DNA of 64,000 nt from a virus (Duplodnaviria > Caudoviricetes): the IMG/VR virus record IMGVR_UViG_2645727839_000001, positions 32,001-96,000 of that record; one strand, 5' to 3'. This document shows positions 1-9,592 of the stretch, piece by piece; positions within the stretch are counted from its first letter, which is position 1; each line of letters opens with the position of its first letter. The notes beneath the pieces were generated by a model, which saw nothing but the letters and a program-made list of their open reading frames with translations, was not told where the DNA came from and ran no database searches. The translations under genes and the position numbers were made by a program.

Positions 1-310
1 TGCCATATAGATGGATTGTTACGATACCTAACACAATCAGAAGCATCCCTAAAAGTGTCGCGTTGTTCGGAGCAAATCCTCGATAGATACTGACCATAGC
101 TAACAAGACAATTCCCCCACCTGCCCATATTGCGTAAGTGATAGGAATCGGCAGTACTTTTGCTGTCATGGATAACAAGTACAGTGCTGCCATATAGAGC
201 ACTCCAACCCAAAGGGTTGGAAATAGCTTTGTGAATCCCTTAGTTACAGGAATCAAAGTTGCGGCGCAAACCTCAAGAATGATGCCTAATATCAAATAAA
301 ACCAGTGCAT
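1..310 (-). CDS. SMR/DMT-family small multidrug transporter (3' end outside window)
   Basis: Own translation from ATG at 310: MHWFYLILGIILEVCAATL...TKGFTK...PITYAIWAGGG; conserved TM1 Glu and YAIW-G motif; absent from ORF track. Confidence 0.85.
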   Translation of the reverse strand, partial: MHWFYLILGIILEVCAATLIPVTKGFTKLFPTLWVGVLYMAALYLLSMTAKVLPIPITYAIWAGGGIVLLAMVSIYRGFAPNNATLLGMLLIVLGIVTIHLYG

Positions 311-327
311 AAATTACCTCTGAAAAG

Positions 328-654
328 TTAAAAAACAATCACTAATACAACAACAATTGCTAATACAGCGGCAGCACCCAACAAGAACCCCCATTGGAGG
401 AAAAAGTGACTGTCGATTAGCTTGTCTAGCTGAGATTGAATTTGAGAAGCCTCTTTGATGGCCTCAAGCTTTTCTCGGTACAACTCGCAGTTTAACTGAC
501 GAGCTTTTTCTTTCTGCTCTTCGGGTAAACCGGCTGGATTTGAAATGTAGTTGTACGTGTACTTCTCAATTGCCATATGTGCAGATTCCTCCGCTTCAAT
601 GCGACTTTTATTCAAGGTACGGTACAACCAAAGGACTTGAATGAAGTTCCTCAT
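328..654 (-). CDS. hypothetical protein with C-terminal membrane anchor
   Basis: ORF with ACACAAAGAGA leader and upstream TATAAG box. Confidence 0.7.
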   Translation of the reverse strand: MRNFIQVLWLYRTLNKSRIEAEESAHMAIEKYTYNYISNPAGLPEEQKEKARQLNCELYREKLEAIKEASQIQSQLDKLIDSHFFLQWGFLLGAAAVLAIVVVLVIVF

Positions 655-845
655 AGTTGTTCTCTTTGTGTAGTGTTAGTGAGCTTATATTGTGCAGTGT
701 TTGACTAGGCATTACTAGTATAAGAAGTGGGGTTTTAGGGGGTATTCCGTAGGTATAAGGAAAGCGATTTTTTTATAGGCTGGGACTGGAACCTTCCGGG
801 TCGAAGCATCAAGCCCGTATATGGGGAAATGACAAAAGCTAAATG

Positions 846-867
846 AGGGGAGCTATCAACTCCCCTT
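846..867. terminator. intrinsic terminator hairpin
   Basis: AGGGGAG-ctatcaa-CTCCCCT downstream of the minus-strand gene ending at 880. Confidence 0.55.
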
Positions 868-879
868 GTTACTTAGTTG

Positions 880-1548
880 TTAAGCGCGTTCAATATCGGT
901 TTCGTCTAGCTCAATTTCTGCACTCTCTGGAAGCTTGCTGATTAGAGCGGTTTTAGCTAGTAGGTCTTTAGTTACTACGTGATCAAGGTCTAGAGTGTAG
1001 AATGATTCTCTAGAGATCTTCTCTTCACTCATTGCACCTAAGCAGTTCATTGCATGGAAGCAATTACGTGTCCACGTTCTCGCGCTCTCTGGTGTGTAGT
1101 TCGTTTTTGTTGTCTGACTAATACACTTGCGCACAATAGCGGTTTGAATATCGCGAGCTGACACCGTAGCGCGTTTGGTGAAGCATTCGAAGAACACAAA
1201 GAAGCATTCACGCTGGACAGCTTTATCACCTACGATGTTTTGAACAAAGGCTAATAGCGTATCGAATGCGTAGATTGAGCTAGTAGATAGAACCGCGCTC
1301 TCATGGTCTTTGCAGTGTTTGAAGACGTACTTTTGAGCCTCTTTGCTGCACTTCTCAAACTTAGTTAAACGCTTCTTACGAGCTGCCGCGTTGTGTACGT
1401 TATCACGTAGCTTCTTAAGAGCTTCTTTGTGTTGTTCTGTTTCTTGCGCTTGTTCGTTGTGTGCAATGATATCGTTAAGCTTAGCGTTGCGCTCTTCAAC
1501 TGCTGTAGATACTGATTTAAGCGATAGTTTGATAGTTGCGTTAGTCAT
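880..1548 (-). CDS. hypothetical coiled-coil protein with C-terminal winged-helix-like region
   Basis: Start moved to MTNATIK (1548), preceded by AAGAGAG; C-terminal YTPESARTW motif shared with ORFs at 13147 and 34774. Confidence 0.65.
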   Translation of the reverse strand: MTNATIKLSLKSVSTAVEERNAKLNDIIAHNEQAQETEQHKEALKKLRDNVHNAAARKKRLTKFEKCSKEAQKYVFKHCKDHESAVLSTSSIYAFDTLLAFVQNIVGDKAVQRECFFVFFECFTKRATVSARDIQTAIVRKCISQTTKTNYTPESARTWTRNCFHAMNCLGAMSEEKISRESFYTLDLDHVVTKDLLAKTALISKLPESAEIELDETDIERA

Positions 1549-2080
1549 AATAGTTACTCTCTTAATAAGTGTATGTAATGCGCTTAATGCGCTTGTTTGT
1601 CGTTGTCGTGTTGACGAGATGAATAATAGCAAATCCTGCGACTTCGTAAAGTAAAAAATCATAAAAAACTTAACTTTTATTAAAGTATTTACGAGGTGCT
1701 TTGGAAGTGACTGTTTCCGCAAGGAAAGAAAGTGGAGCGAGGGAGAAAAAAGACCTAGATAAAAAGGACTAAACCTTTGACCTGACGTTACCTTAGATTT
1801 CCACGATTGGTATCAAACGGTCTAAAAGCTAAAGCCATCTAAAGAGATTCCCATGGTACTCATGCCCTCCACCACGGCATTCAGACGTTCCCAAGCTCAT
1901 TTCAGTGGTAATTGCCCCTATACGGTTTTGCTCCCGTACCCAAAATCGGGAAAGAATTGGGTTTTGAAGTCCCACGGTAGAACAACCAAGGCATGACCGG
2001 AGCTGGTGGAGGAAGTTCCAAGGTTAAGAGAGTCCCTTGGTTGCGGCACTGAAAGTCCCATGGTGTTTAGTTCAGATACA

Positions 2081-2109
2081 AAAAAGCCTCTCTAGTGTTG
2101 AGAGGCTTT
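2081..2109 (-). terminator. intrinsic terminator
   Basis: AAAGCCTCTC-tagtgtt-GAGAGGCTTT with A-run; same loop sequence as the hairpin at 48174-48202. Confidence 0.7.
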
Positions 2110-2160
2110 ATGTTTAGAAGAAGTAAGCTAGTACAAGACCAGCGACGACAGCGAGTGCCA

Positions 2161-2472
2161 TTACAACGAACTCGCTATTTTTTCTAATAGCGTTAGCCAT
2201 TTTGCTTCTTTTCCCCATACGTTAAACACCTTTGCTACTGCGTAGACCCAGAATGTGGTCTTGAGCGCAATTGCGATACTCTCAAGCTTAAGCTTGGTAG
2301 TTTCCCATTTGAGCTTCTTTGCGTTAGCGGCTCTTTCTTTGTGCACCAATGACACTGTATACCTCTTAATGTATATCAGAGTTCTTATACTAGCAACGCG
2401 AGTCAGGGCAATCGGGTCGGTAGTCAGCACCTCATCAATAGTGCCTTGATGTAGTTCCCATGGTATTTGCAT
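2161..2472 (-). CDS. hypothetical protein
   Basis: ORF track only. Confidence 0.45.
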   Translation of the reverse strand: MQIPWELHQGTIDEVLTTDPIALTRVASIRTLIYIKRYTVSLVHKERAANAKKLKWETTKLKLESIAIALKTTFWVYAVAKVFNVWGKEAKWLTLLEKIASSL

Positions 2473-2530
2473 CAGATATTAAAAGGCTACCGCTTGGGTA
2501 GCCTGATAGCCAGAGACCGTTAGACCGTGA

Positions 2531-2851
2531 CTAGTGAACCTCTTTACGTTTGGAGTACTTACGCTTTTTAGGTTTGGTGATTTCAATCATCTTCTTGAGG
2601 GTTTCTTCAACTGGTTCGTCGAACTCGGTTCTGAGGACATATAGCCAGTCTCTAGTTAGTTTGGCTTTAGCTTCTTTGGCGTCTTGTCTTTCTTTGGCGG
2701 AGGGGATGAATTCTTGGAGTACGTCTGCCAGTTCTAGCAAGGCGTTGTCGGGTAGTTGTTTTAGCATGGCTCGGGTTCTTCGCTGCCCCTGCCCTAATAC
2801 CTCAGCTATATGGTCAGAAGGTGATTTCTGCTTGAAGGTGTAGTGATCCAT
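2531..2851 (-). CDS. putative H-NS N-terminal-domain-like protein (no C-terminal DNA-binding domain)
   Basis: Start MDHYTF with ACACAAAGAGA leader; EVL..QRRTRAMLKQLPDNALLELADVLQEFI..KERQ resembles the H-NS oligomerisation helices. Confidence 0.45.
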   Translation of the reverse strand: MDHYTFKQKSPSDHIAEVLGQGQRRTRAMLKQLPDNALLELADVLQEFIPSAKERQDAKEAKAKLTRDWLYVLRTEFDEPVEETLKKMIEITKPKKRKYSKRKEVH

Positions 2852-2893
2852 AGTGTTTCTCTTTGTGTGGTGTAAACCTATCCGTGTGTGCTT

Positions 2894-2960
2894 TAAAAAA
2901 ATAGGGGCCGCTAAGCCCCGCACACACAAAGAGATCGGAGCGTGTCGCTCGTCTCAATTC
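2894..2960 (-). ncRNA. candidate small RNA 1 (~67 nt) with seed UCUCUUUGUGUGUG antisense to the shared gene leader
   Basis: TATAAG -10 box at 2966-2971; 5' hairpin GAGCG-ACA-CGCUC; seed; terminator GGGGC-UUAGCG-GCCCC followed by UA and a U7 tail. Confidence 0.65.
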
Positions 2961-2994
2961 ATGTTCTTATATTAACAGCGTTACTCAGGTAATT

Positions 2995-3012
2995 AAAGTC
3001 ACCACTGACTAA
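2995..3012. promoter_or_regulatory. 18-bp palindromic operator copy
   Basis: AAAGTCACCACTGACTAA, just upstream of the candidate sRNA-1 promoter. Confidence 0.6.
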
Positions 3013-4040
3013 GTGCCTTGGTGATGCCGGATAAGGCGGAGAAAGCCCCATGGTGTTTGTACGAAACAGGCACTCTACCTATACGGATTTCGCCCCTTTC
3101 TCCGGTTTTCAGGATAAACCACTTTCTCCATCGAGGTGGCGCGATATTTTCTACCTTGGCCAGAAGAGGTAAACCTATTAACCGTGGTTGATTATTCTGG
3201 TGTGCCGCTGACCGATACTGGTCTTCCTATAAGAATTTTCTACGATTTGTTGACACTGGAGCTTAAAAGACCACGATAACTAACACTTTTCCCCCAAATT
3301 CTCCCTATTCTCCCCTTATCTATTACTACATACCTTACTACTACTCTTACCTACTCTATCTCTATAGTTACTACCTAATATCTACTTACTATATCTATAC
3401 CGGAGAGTATTGTTCTTCTTTCTATCCGCAGGTTAAGAGCGAGGTAAAGTGACAATTCATTTTAAGGTTTTTCTCTACTGGTAAACTTTACTTTCAATAT
3501 AGACCTTTATTGTACTTTGCTTATACAAGCCGGAGTTATTGAATTTCTCTGTAAGCCTTGTTGTGTATGGGTTTGTTTGAGTTTTTAGGACAGTTAAACA
3601 ATTTACTTTTTTCTTCTACGGTTTGAGTACATTTGCCTTACTCTTGTTTAGTAGGTTTGAAGAGTATTAGCCATGTTTAGCCAGACCATAAAAGACCGTT
3701 TATCTTGTTTTCTTTTTCTCTCACTGGTGTGATTTTGATTTGAGTTGTTTAGGGTTGGATTGGGGTTAGTTCCGGTTGATTAGCTTTGTTATTAGTTACC
3801 GTGTCACATAGCAGTCACGCCACCAGCTTCTCTTTCTCTCTACTGTTTGAGTACAAATACTGAATCAAGGGAGTAATGTTTCTGTCGCTCTGTTGTCTTC
3901 TGAGAGTCTTGGGGTTGTCTTTTTGATGTCTACAGTCAGCTTTTGATTGAAAAGCTCTTAGAATTGATTTGAGAGAGTGATTTAGATATGAAAAAGGGCT
4001 AACTTTCGTTAACCCTTGTTATTGGTTTTATCTACTGTAA

Positions 4041-4559
4041 TTAGAACGTGTAACCCAAGTAAGCTGCGAAACCAACGCCCTCTGCTATCTCTGTTGAGAA
4101 GCGAGCCGTTAAACCAAATGAGCTTGTGTATTGAATACCGGTACCCAAACTTAGCTGAGAGCTAGTTCCTTCTGAATTGCATGGAATCAACCAACCACAT
4201 GTGTAGCCATCGAACAGAGTTACCGAGTCTTTCTTACTGCCAATCCCTACCCTACCGAACAGGTCCCATTGTTTGTTTAACGGGAACATACCTGTTGGTG
4301 CAATGTAAGTGTGGCTCTGTTCATACTTAAAAGCCCAAGTTTCAGTCTTTAGCTTTTTGTAGCCTACCTCTAGTGCAAAGTAGGGATTGAAGCGGTAGCC
4401 CATGAAAACATCTGTACCAACTGAATCGAGTTCAGGTGATGAAGTGCTTAGTTCTATCATACCGCCGCCCATAACATAAATGTCACCTGCTCTTACTGGT
4501 GATGGTGCTGCGATTGCTGATGTGGCAATAAGTGTTAGAGCCAATATTGTCTTTTTCAT
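4041..4559 (-). CDS. OmpA-like 8-stranded outer-membrane beta-barrel protein
   Basis: Signal peptide, GYRFNPYFALEVGY motif, C-terminal GYTF. Confidence 0.85.
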   Translation of the reverse strand: MKKTILALTLIATSAIAAPSPVRAGDIYVMGGGMIELSTSSPELDSVGTDVFMGYRFNPYFALEVGYKKLKTETWAFKYEQSHTYIAPTGMFPLNKQWDLFGRVGIGSKKDSVTLFDGYTCGWLIPCNSEGTSSQLSLGTGIQYTSSFGLTARFSTEIAEGVGFAAYLGYTF

Positions 4560-4664
4560 GGTGTTCTCTTTGTGTTTGTCTTGTTGACGAGATAGATAAT
4601 AAGGAACGGGAAAAGGCTATTCACTCGAGGTTGAGTGAATAGCCTGAACGTTAGTGGTTATCGA

Positions 4665-7600
4665 TTAAGATTGTGATGGGTATGCTTCTTTAAAAAGCTC
4701 ATGCATGTTGGAGAATAGTTTCGCATCTCCGAACTTACCTTTCTGAAAACCCTTAGTCTTAGCATCGAAGCCAATTGAATACTTGGTATTCAAGATTGCT
4801 TGATTAGGCTCTTTAGATATCTCAAGCAAGTTCATAGGCGTCCACGCATGAGGGACTTTGGTGTACTCATCTACAAAGTTATTCGATACCATCATGATAT
4901 GGCCACCGACTCGAGCTGCACGTCGAGTTTCGGCAAACAGTGTGCTCGTGTCGTTGTTCCAGAACACAGTGGTATCGATGTTTTCGAATGTAGAGGTTTG
5001 GCTTCCGTCCTCAACAAAAGCGATAAACTTAGGAGATAACATTTCACCATTGTTTATGCTTTCACTCGAGATCTTGAATGAAGCCCAACCGTAGTTGTAC
5101 CCCGATGGGTTATGAGAGTTACCCATGTAAAACCCAATATCGATTTCTAGAGCGTTAACGCCATCATCATACTGACAGCTAACGTCTATGATATTTGAGC
5201 CATACTTGTCTTCGCATACTTTGTGAATAGAACGATCAGGTAAACCTAAACCTGCTTCTGCTTCTAGCCATAAATTAGGCGCCTCAATACCCACTTCATT
5301 ATCCTCTCGATCTACTGGCTTCTCACCCGGTACAACACCAGAATCAGGATCTAAAGGTTTATCAACCTCTTCACCCGGTGTTCCCGGTTTCGGCACAGTT
5401 ACTTCATCTTCTTTGTTATCTACTTCTTCACCCGGTACCCAACCATTACCATTATCAGGCTCGATAGGATTAATTCCAGACTCTACATCTCCGGTATTAT
5501 CTTCTGGCTTAGTACCGGGCTTCCAGCCATCTCCGTTATCTGGATCGATAGGCTTAATTCCAGACTCTACATCACCAGTGTTATCTTCTGGCTTAGTACC
5601 GGGCTTCCAGCCATTACCACTATCAGGATCGATAGGCTTAATTCCAGACTCTACATCACCAGTGTTATCTTCTGGCTTAGTACCGGGCTTCCAGCCATCT
5701 CCGTTATCTGGATTGATAATTTCATCGCTAGGCTTACTAGGTGGATTAATCGGCGTCTCTCCGTCAGGAGTACTTGGTCGACCCGGAACGGCATGATCTG
5801 GATTGTTAGGGTCAGTCATGTCTTCACCCGGTATACCCGGAGCAACCTCGACGCTGTTATCTTCCTTATCTGAACCATCTACCCAACCGTCACCGTTATC
5901 AGGTTCTATTGGTTTGATTCCCGGCTCATAAGGAATATCAGGTTCACCTTGACCCGGTTTACTTGGTCGCCATCCGTTGCCATTATCTGGGTCAGTCATG
6001 TCAGTCCCATCTTCCGGCTTGGGTGTAAACTCAAAATCAGGGTCAATAGGTTCTACTAGACCAAAATCTTTATCACCGATAAAAATTGAGTCATCTTCTT
6101 TATCAGTACCCGGAACCCAACCGTCACCATTAGTGCTATCGTCTGGTGTTAAACCCGGAGCCCAGGGGATATCTGGATCACCACCATTCGGTTTGCCAGG
6201 CACCCAACCATTGCCATTGTCAGGTTCTATTGGCTTAGTACCCGGAGCCCAGGGAAGATCAGGTTCGCCTCCATTTGGCTTGCCGGGAATCCAACCATTA
6301 CCGTTATCTGGATTAGTCATATCTTCACCCGGAGCTACATCACCAGTATTATCTTCTGGTTTAGTTCCCGGTTTCCAACCATTACCGTTATCTGGATTAG
6401 TCATATCTTCACCCGGAGCTACATCACCAGTATTATCTTCTGGTTTAGTTCCCGGTTTCCATCCATTGCCGTTGTCTGGGTCAATTGGTTTAATACCAGA
6501 CTCTACATCTCCGGTGTTGTCTTCTGGTTTAGTACCGGGTTTCCACCCATTACCATTGTCAGGATTGATTGGCTTAGTACCGGGTTTAACATCACCAGTA
6601 TTGTCTTCTGGTTTAGTACCCGGCATCCACCCATTACCATTGTCAGGATTGATTACATCGGTTCCATCTTCTGGCTTAGGTGTAAACTCGAAGTCACTAT
6701 CTAAGTCAATATCACCCACGTAAACCCAATTTAAGTAGTCGTTCTCAACCGTAACAATGTAACCACCGTTGTAGTAAGACTTCGTACCGTCTTCGTTCTC
6801 GATCACTTTGAAAGTAAAGTGATGGTTGTTAACCGTGTGAACGTTAACTTCACCTCTTAAGCCGTTACCGAACGTAGCAATAGAAGTTTTCTTATAGAAG
6901 ACTCTACCTGCCTCTACACGAAGGTCTGGTTTAAAATCAGTACCAATGTCTAAGAACGGTGGGATTGGATTAACAGTTGGTGGAGTGATGTTAAAATCAC
7001 CGTCTAGCTCAGCATCACCTACATAAACCCAATTCAGTAGCCCGTCATCTTCTACTGAAATCATAAACCCACCGTTGTAGTAAGCTGTTTCGCCATTGCC
7101 TAATTCGACAATTCGGAATACAAGCTTTTCACCACCACGAAGACGTAAAGTTACCTCGTTTTTATGAGACAAACCTACATGAGCAATAGAAGTCTTCTTG
7201 TAGTAAAGCTGCCCCTGCTCTAGATAAATCTCTGGATTGAAATCTACACCGATGTCTAAGAACGGTGGAAGAGGGTTTTCTATTGGTGGCATGATCTCGT
7301 AGTCGCTATCACCATTCCAGTTACCTTCTTCACCTACTTCCCAATCTGGGTTTGTATCAGGTGGTGTAATTGGCTTTGTTCCGTTGTCAGGACGCTCAAT
7401 GCCTACTTCAACATCATTATCAGGTGTCGTAGTAGGTGCATCAGGAACCCATCCATTACCATTGTCAGGTTCAGTTGGTTTAGTACCCGGTTCTACTAAG
7501 CTAGGCATATCCAAATCAAGATCGCCTACATAGTTCCAATCAACCTTACCGTTCTCATCAACAGTAACTTTGTAGCCGCCATTGTAGTAAGACTTAGAGC

Positions 7601-8285
7601 CATCAGAGTTTGTGACCTCTTTGAACTCATACATTTTGCCGTCTTTAGCGCGAAGTCGAATGGTTCCCGGCTCGCCCTTTCCAACGTGGCCAATAGACTC
7701 ACCTTTGACGTAAAGCTGTCCATCATCTTTGTTGAAATTAGCTTCTGGTTTGAAATCGACACCAAGATCAGGTTGTGAAGGAGTAGTACCTACCTCTTCA
7801 TCGGGTGTAGTTGGCTTCTCACCCGGCACCCAACCATCAGTGTTGTCTTCTGGTTTGGTACCATCTTCTGGTTTAGGGGTGAATTCAAAATCAGGGTCAG
7901 TAGGTACTTCTAATCCAAAGTCCTTATCTCCAATGAAGTCAGGTTCACCCGGCCATATTGGAAGCTCGACGCTAGGGTAATCTGGAACTTCGACATCAGG
8001 AGAGCCGCCGCCCGGTAGTGGTGCAGACTCTTCATCACCCGGAGTTGTTGGGGTTCCCGGAGTCCAACCGCTATCTGGAGTAGTTGGTTTAGATCCCGGT
8101 GCGATATCACCATTATTGTTTTCTTTGTCTGAGCCATCTACCCAACCGTCACCATTATCTGGGTTGATAGGATCAATGGGTTCAACTACAGCTGGTGGCT
8201 TTTCTGGTGCCAAAGTGTCTCGACTATCATCGTTACAACCGACGAGCGAGAGCCCTATGGCAATGCACAGTATTGATTTGTTCAT
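4665..8285 (-). CDS. giant Pro/Asp/Gly-rich repeat lipoprotein
   Basis: Lipobox LVGC after MNKSIL; 28-aa repeats PDNGNGWKPGTKPEDNTGDV; three ~90-aa YYNGG/WxYVGD domains. Confidence 0.8.
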   Translation of the reverse strand: MNKSILCIAIGLSLVGCNDDSRDTLAPEKPPAVVEPIDPINPDNGDGWVDGSDKENNNGDIAPGSKPTTPDSGWTPGTPTTPGDEESAPLPGGGSPDVEVPDYPSVELPIWPGEPDFIGDKDFGLEVPTDPDFEFTPKPEDGTKPEDNTDGWVPGEKPTTPDEEVGTTPSQPDLGVDFKPEANFNKDDGQLYVKGESIGHVGKGEPGTIRLRAKDGKMYEFKEVTNSDGSKSYYNGGYKVTVDENGKVDWNYVGDLDLDMPSLVEPGTKPTEPDNGNGWVPDAPTTTPDNDVEVGIERPDNGTKPITPPDTNPDWEVGEEGNWNGDSDYEIMPPIENPLPPFLDIGVDFNPEIYLEQGQLYYKKTSIAHVGLSHKNEVTLRLRGGEKLVFRIVELGNGETAYYNGGFMISVEDDGLLNWVYVGDAELDGDFNITPPTVNPIPPFLDIGTDFKPDLRVEAGRVFYKKTSIATFGNGLRGEVNVHTVNNHHFTFKVIENEDGTKSYYNGGYIVTVENDYLNWVYVGDIDLDSDFEFTPKPEDGTDVINPDNGNGWMPGTKPEDNTGDVKPGTKPINPDNGNGWKPGTKPEDNTGDVESGIKPIDPDNGNGWKPGTKPEDNTGDVAPGEDMTNPDNGNGWKPGTKPEDNTGDVAPGEDMTNPDNGNGWIPGKPNGGEPDLPWAPGTKPIEPDNGNGWVPGKPNGGDPDIPWAPGLTPDDSTNGDGWVPGTDKEDDSIFIGDKDFGLVEPIDPDFEFTPKPEDGTDMTDPDNGNGWRPSKPGQGEPDIPYEPGIKPIEPDNGDGWVDGSDKEDNSVEVAPGIPGEDMTDPNNPDHAVPGRPSTPDGETPINPPSKPSDEIINPDNGDGWKPGTKPEDNTGDVESGIKPIDPDSGNGWKPGTKPEDNTGDVESGIKPIDPDNGDGWKPGTKPEDNTGDVESGINPIEPDNGNGWVPGEEVDNKEDEVTVPKPGTPGEEVDKPLDPDSGVVPGEKPVDREDNEVGIEAPNLWLEAEAGLGLPDRSIHKVCEDKYGSNIIDVSCQYDDGVNALEIDIGFYMGNSHNPSGYNYGWASFKISSESINNGEMLSPKFIAFVEDGSQTSTFENIDTTVFWNNDTSTLFAETRRAARVGGHIMMVSNNFVDEYTKVPHAWTPMNLLEISKEPNQAILNTKYSIGFDAKTKGFQKGKFGDAKLFSNMHELFKEAYPSQS
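5435..5720. repeat. 84-bp tandem repeats within lipoprotein gene (array 1)
   Basis: TAATTCCAGACTCTACATC recurs at 5471, 5555 and 5639. Confidence 0.85.
6290..6650. repeat. 84-bp tandem repeats within lipoprotein gene (array 2)
   Basis: CCGTTATCTGGATTAGTCATATC at 6301 and 6385, with degenerate copies following. Confidence 0.8.
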
Positions 8286-8299
8286 ACTAATCTCCAACC

Positions 8300-8815
8300 C
8301 TAGAATCGGTAGCCGGCCATTAACATCAAGCTAGAGTAATTATCTAACTCGAAATCGGTGAGGTTGAAGTTGTATTGAAGACGAATGAAATGGTCTTGAT
8401 CGTCAGTTGTGTATTCAGCGCCTAGACCCAAAGCAGGTTTGAAGTCGCGGTTAGAATCACAAGTTGGACAATCCCAATCGATGTGTTGGAAGTTAAACCC
8501 AACCTTAGTGAAAAGATCGAAGTTTTGGTTGATCGCATAGTCAAACTTACCAGCGATAGATAAGTTCCACAGGTGCTCAGTATCGCCTTGATTGCGATTG
8601 AAGAGGTGTGTAGTTTCAACTTCTACAGACATTACGCTGTCGATCTCATGACCGAAGCCTGCCGCCACAGTAACAGGGTTACCTTTGTAGTCGTCTACGA
8701 ATGTTACGCCAGTACCGCCGTAAACATAAGCTTGAGGTGCTAGTGTTTCAGCTTGTACAGATAGAGTTGCTCCGGTCGCCATAAGAATGGCTGTTGCGAT
8801 TAATTGCTTTTTCAT
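8300..8815 (-). CDS. OmpA-like outer-membrane beta-barrel protein
   Basis: Signal peptide, amphipathic beta-strands, C-terminal GYRF. Confidence 0.85.
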   Translation of the reverse strand: MKKQLIATAILMATGATLSVQAETLAPQAYVYGGTGVTFVDDYKGNPVTVAAGFGHEIDSVMSVEVETTHLFNRNQGDTEHLWNLSIAGKFDYAINQNFDLFTKVGFNFQHIDWDCPTCDSNRDFKPALGLGAEYTTDDQDHFIRLQYNFNLTDFELDNYSSLMLMAGYRF

Positions 8816-8997
8816 AATGGAATATCCAGTTTATTACTGTTGTTTTACGTCGATTAAGGAGGAAAAAAATCGACGTTAAACGCTTCCATTGTGCTAGTGC
8901 ATCTCCGGCATATATACCGAGATAGCACGAACCTTTGTTGTTATCACGACGTTGGTGATTCATGGTTGATACTCTCTATGGATTTAGATTGTTTGGG

Positions 8998-9429
8998 CTA
9001 ATTTAGTGTAATTGGCGCAAACAGCTTTTGTGGCATGTCGTAACCTTGCTGACTTGGCAATAAGCCATTTTCATCGGGCAATACTACTTGTACCACTGAC
9101 AAATGCTTTCCATTGCGATAGAACGAGTGAAGTTCCAGTATTTCATCCATGAAGGTTTCTACGTCTACCCTTACAAATTCTAGTGGCATGTTTACTAGGA
9201 AATCGTTTGATACCCCCGAGTTAAATCCGTTCTCTTTCCAGTGATGAAAGATGTCCGTAATGATTCTATGCATTAGGTCTTGACGGACTGGTACAGTGAC
9301 GACCAGCTCAGGAAGGTTCGATTCTGTAAAGCCTACCGTGTAGAACTTTGCATCACCGCAACATTGACTGATATTGACAAAACCATGTCGTTCAATACAT
9401 GTCGTTAAGTGACTCTGTTCAGGTTTCAT
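8998..9429 (-). CDS. DUF4262-like protein
   Basis: YTVGF...LPELVV and VQVVLPDENGLLP motifs; start MKPEQ with shared leader. Confidence 0.7.
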   Translation of the reverse strand: MKPEQSHLTTCIERHGFVNISQCCGDAKFYTVGFTESNLPELVVTVPVRQDLMHRIITDIFHHWKENGFNSGVSNDFLVNMPLEFVRVDVETFMDEILELHSFYRNGKHLSVVQVVLPDENGLLPSQQGYDMPQKLFAPITLN

Positions 9430-9592
9430 AGTGCTCTCTTTGTGTAGTGAGTTCGTTTTCAATGAGATCATTATGCTCGATTCTTAGTGGGAGATCGGGC
9501 TACCTCAATGAAAGCCCGCTAGTTTAACCTTATTTCATATTCGGTCAAGCGGTTCAAAAAATAATCAACTCTTATACTAGCCTTCGGAACTC

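Noticed and set aside
5435-6650. 84-bp repeats as a CRISPR array
   Set aside because: In-frame coding repeats with no unique spacers; no cas genes
5413-7980. Plus-strand Ser/Gly/Pro-rich ORFs (5413-5796, 5977-6723, 7729-7980)
   Set aside because: Antisense shadows of the repetitive lipoprotein gene; no RBS or independent signal
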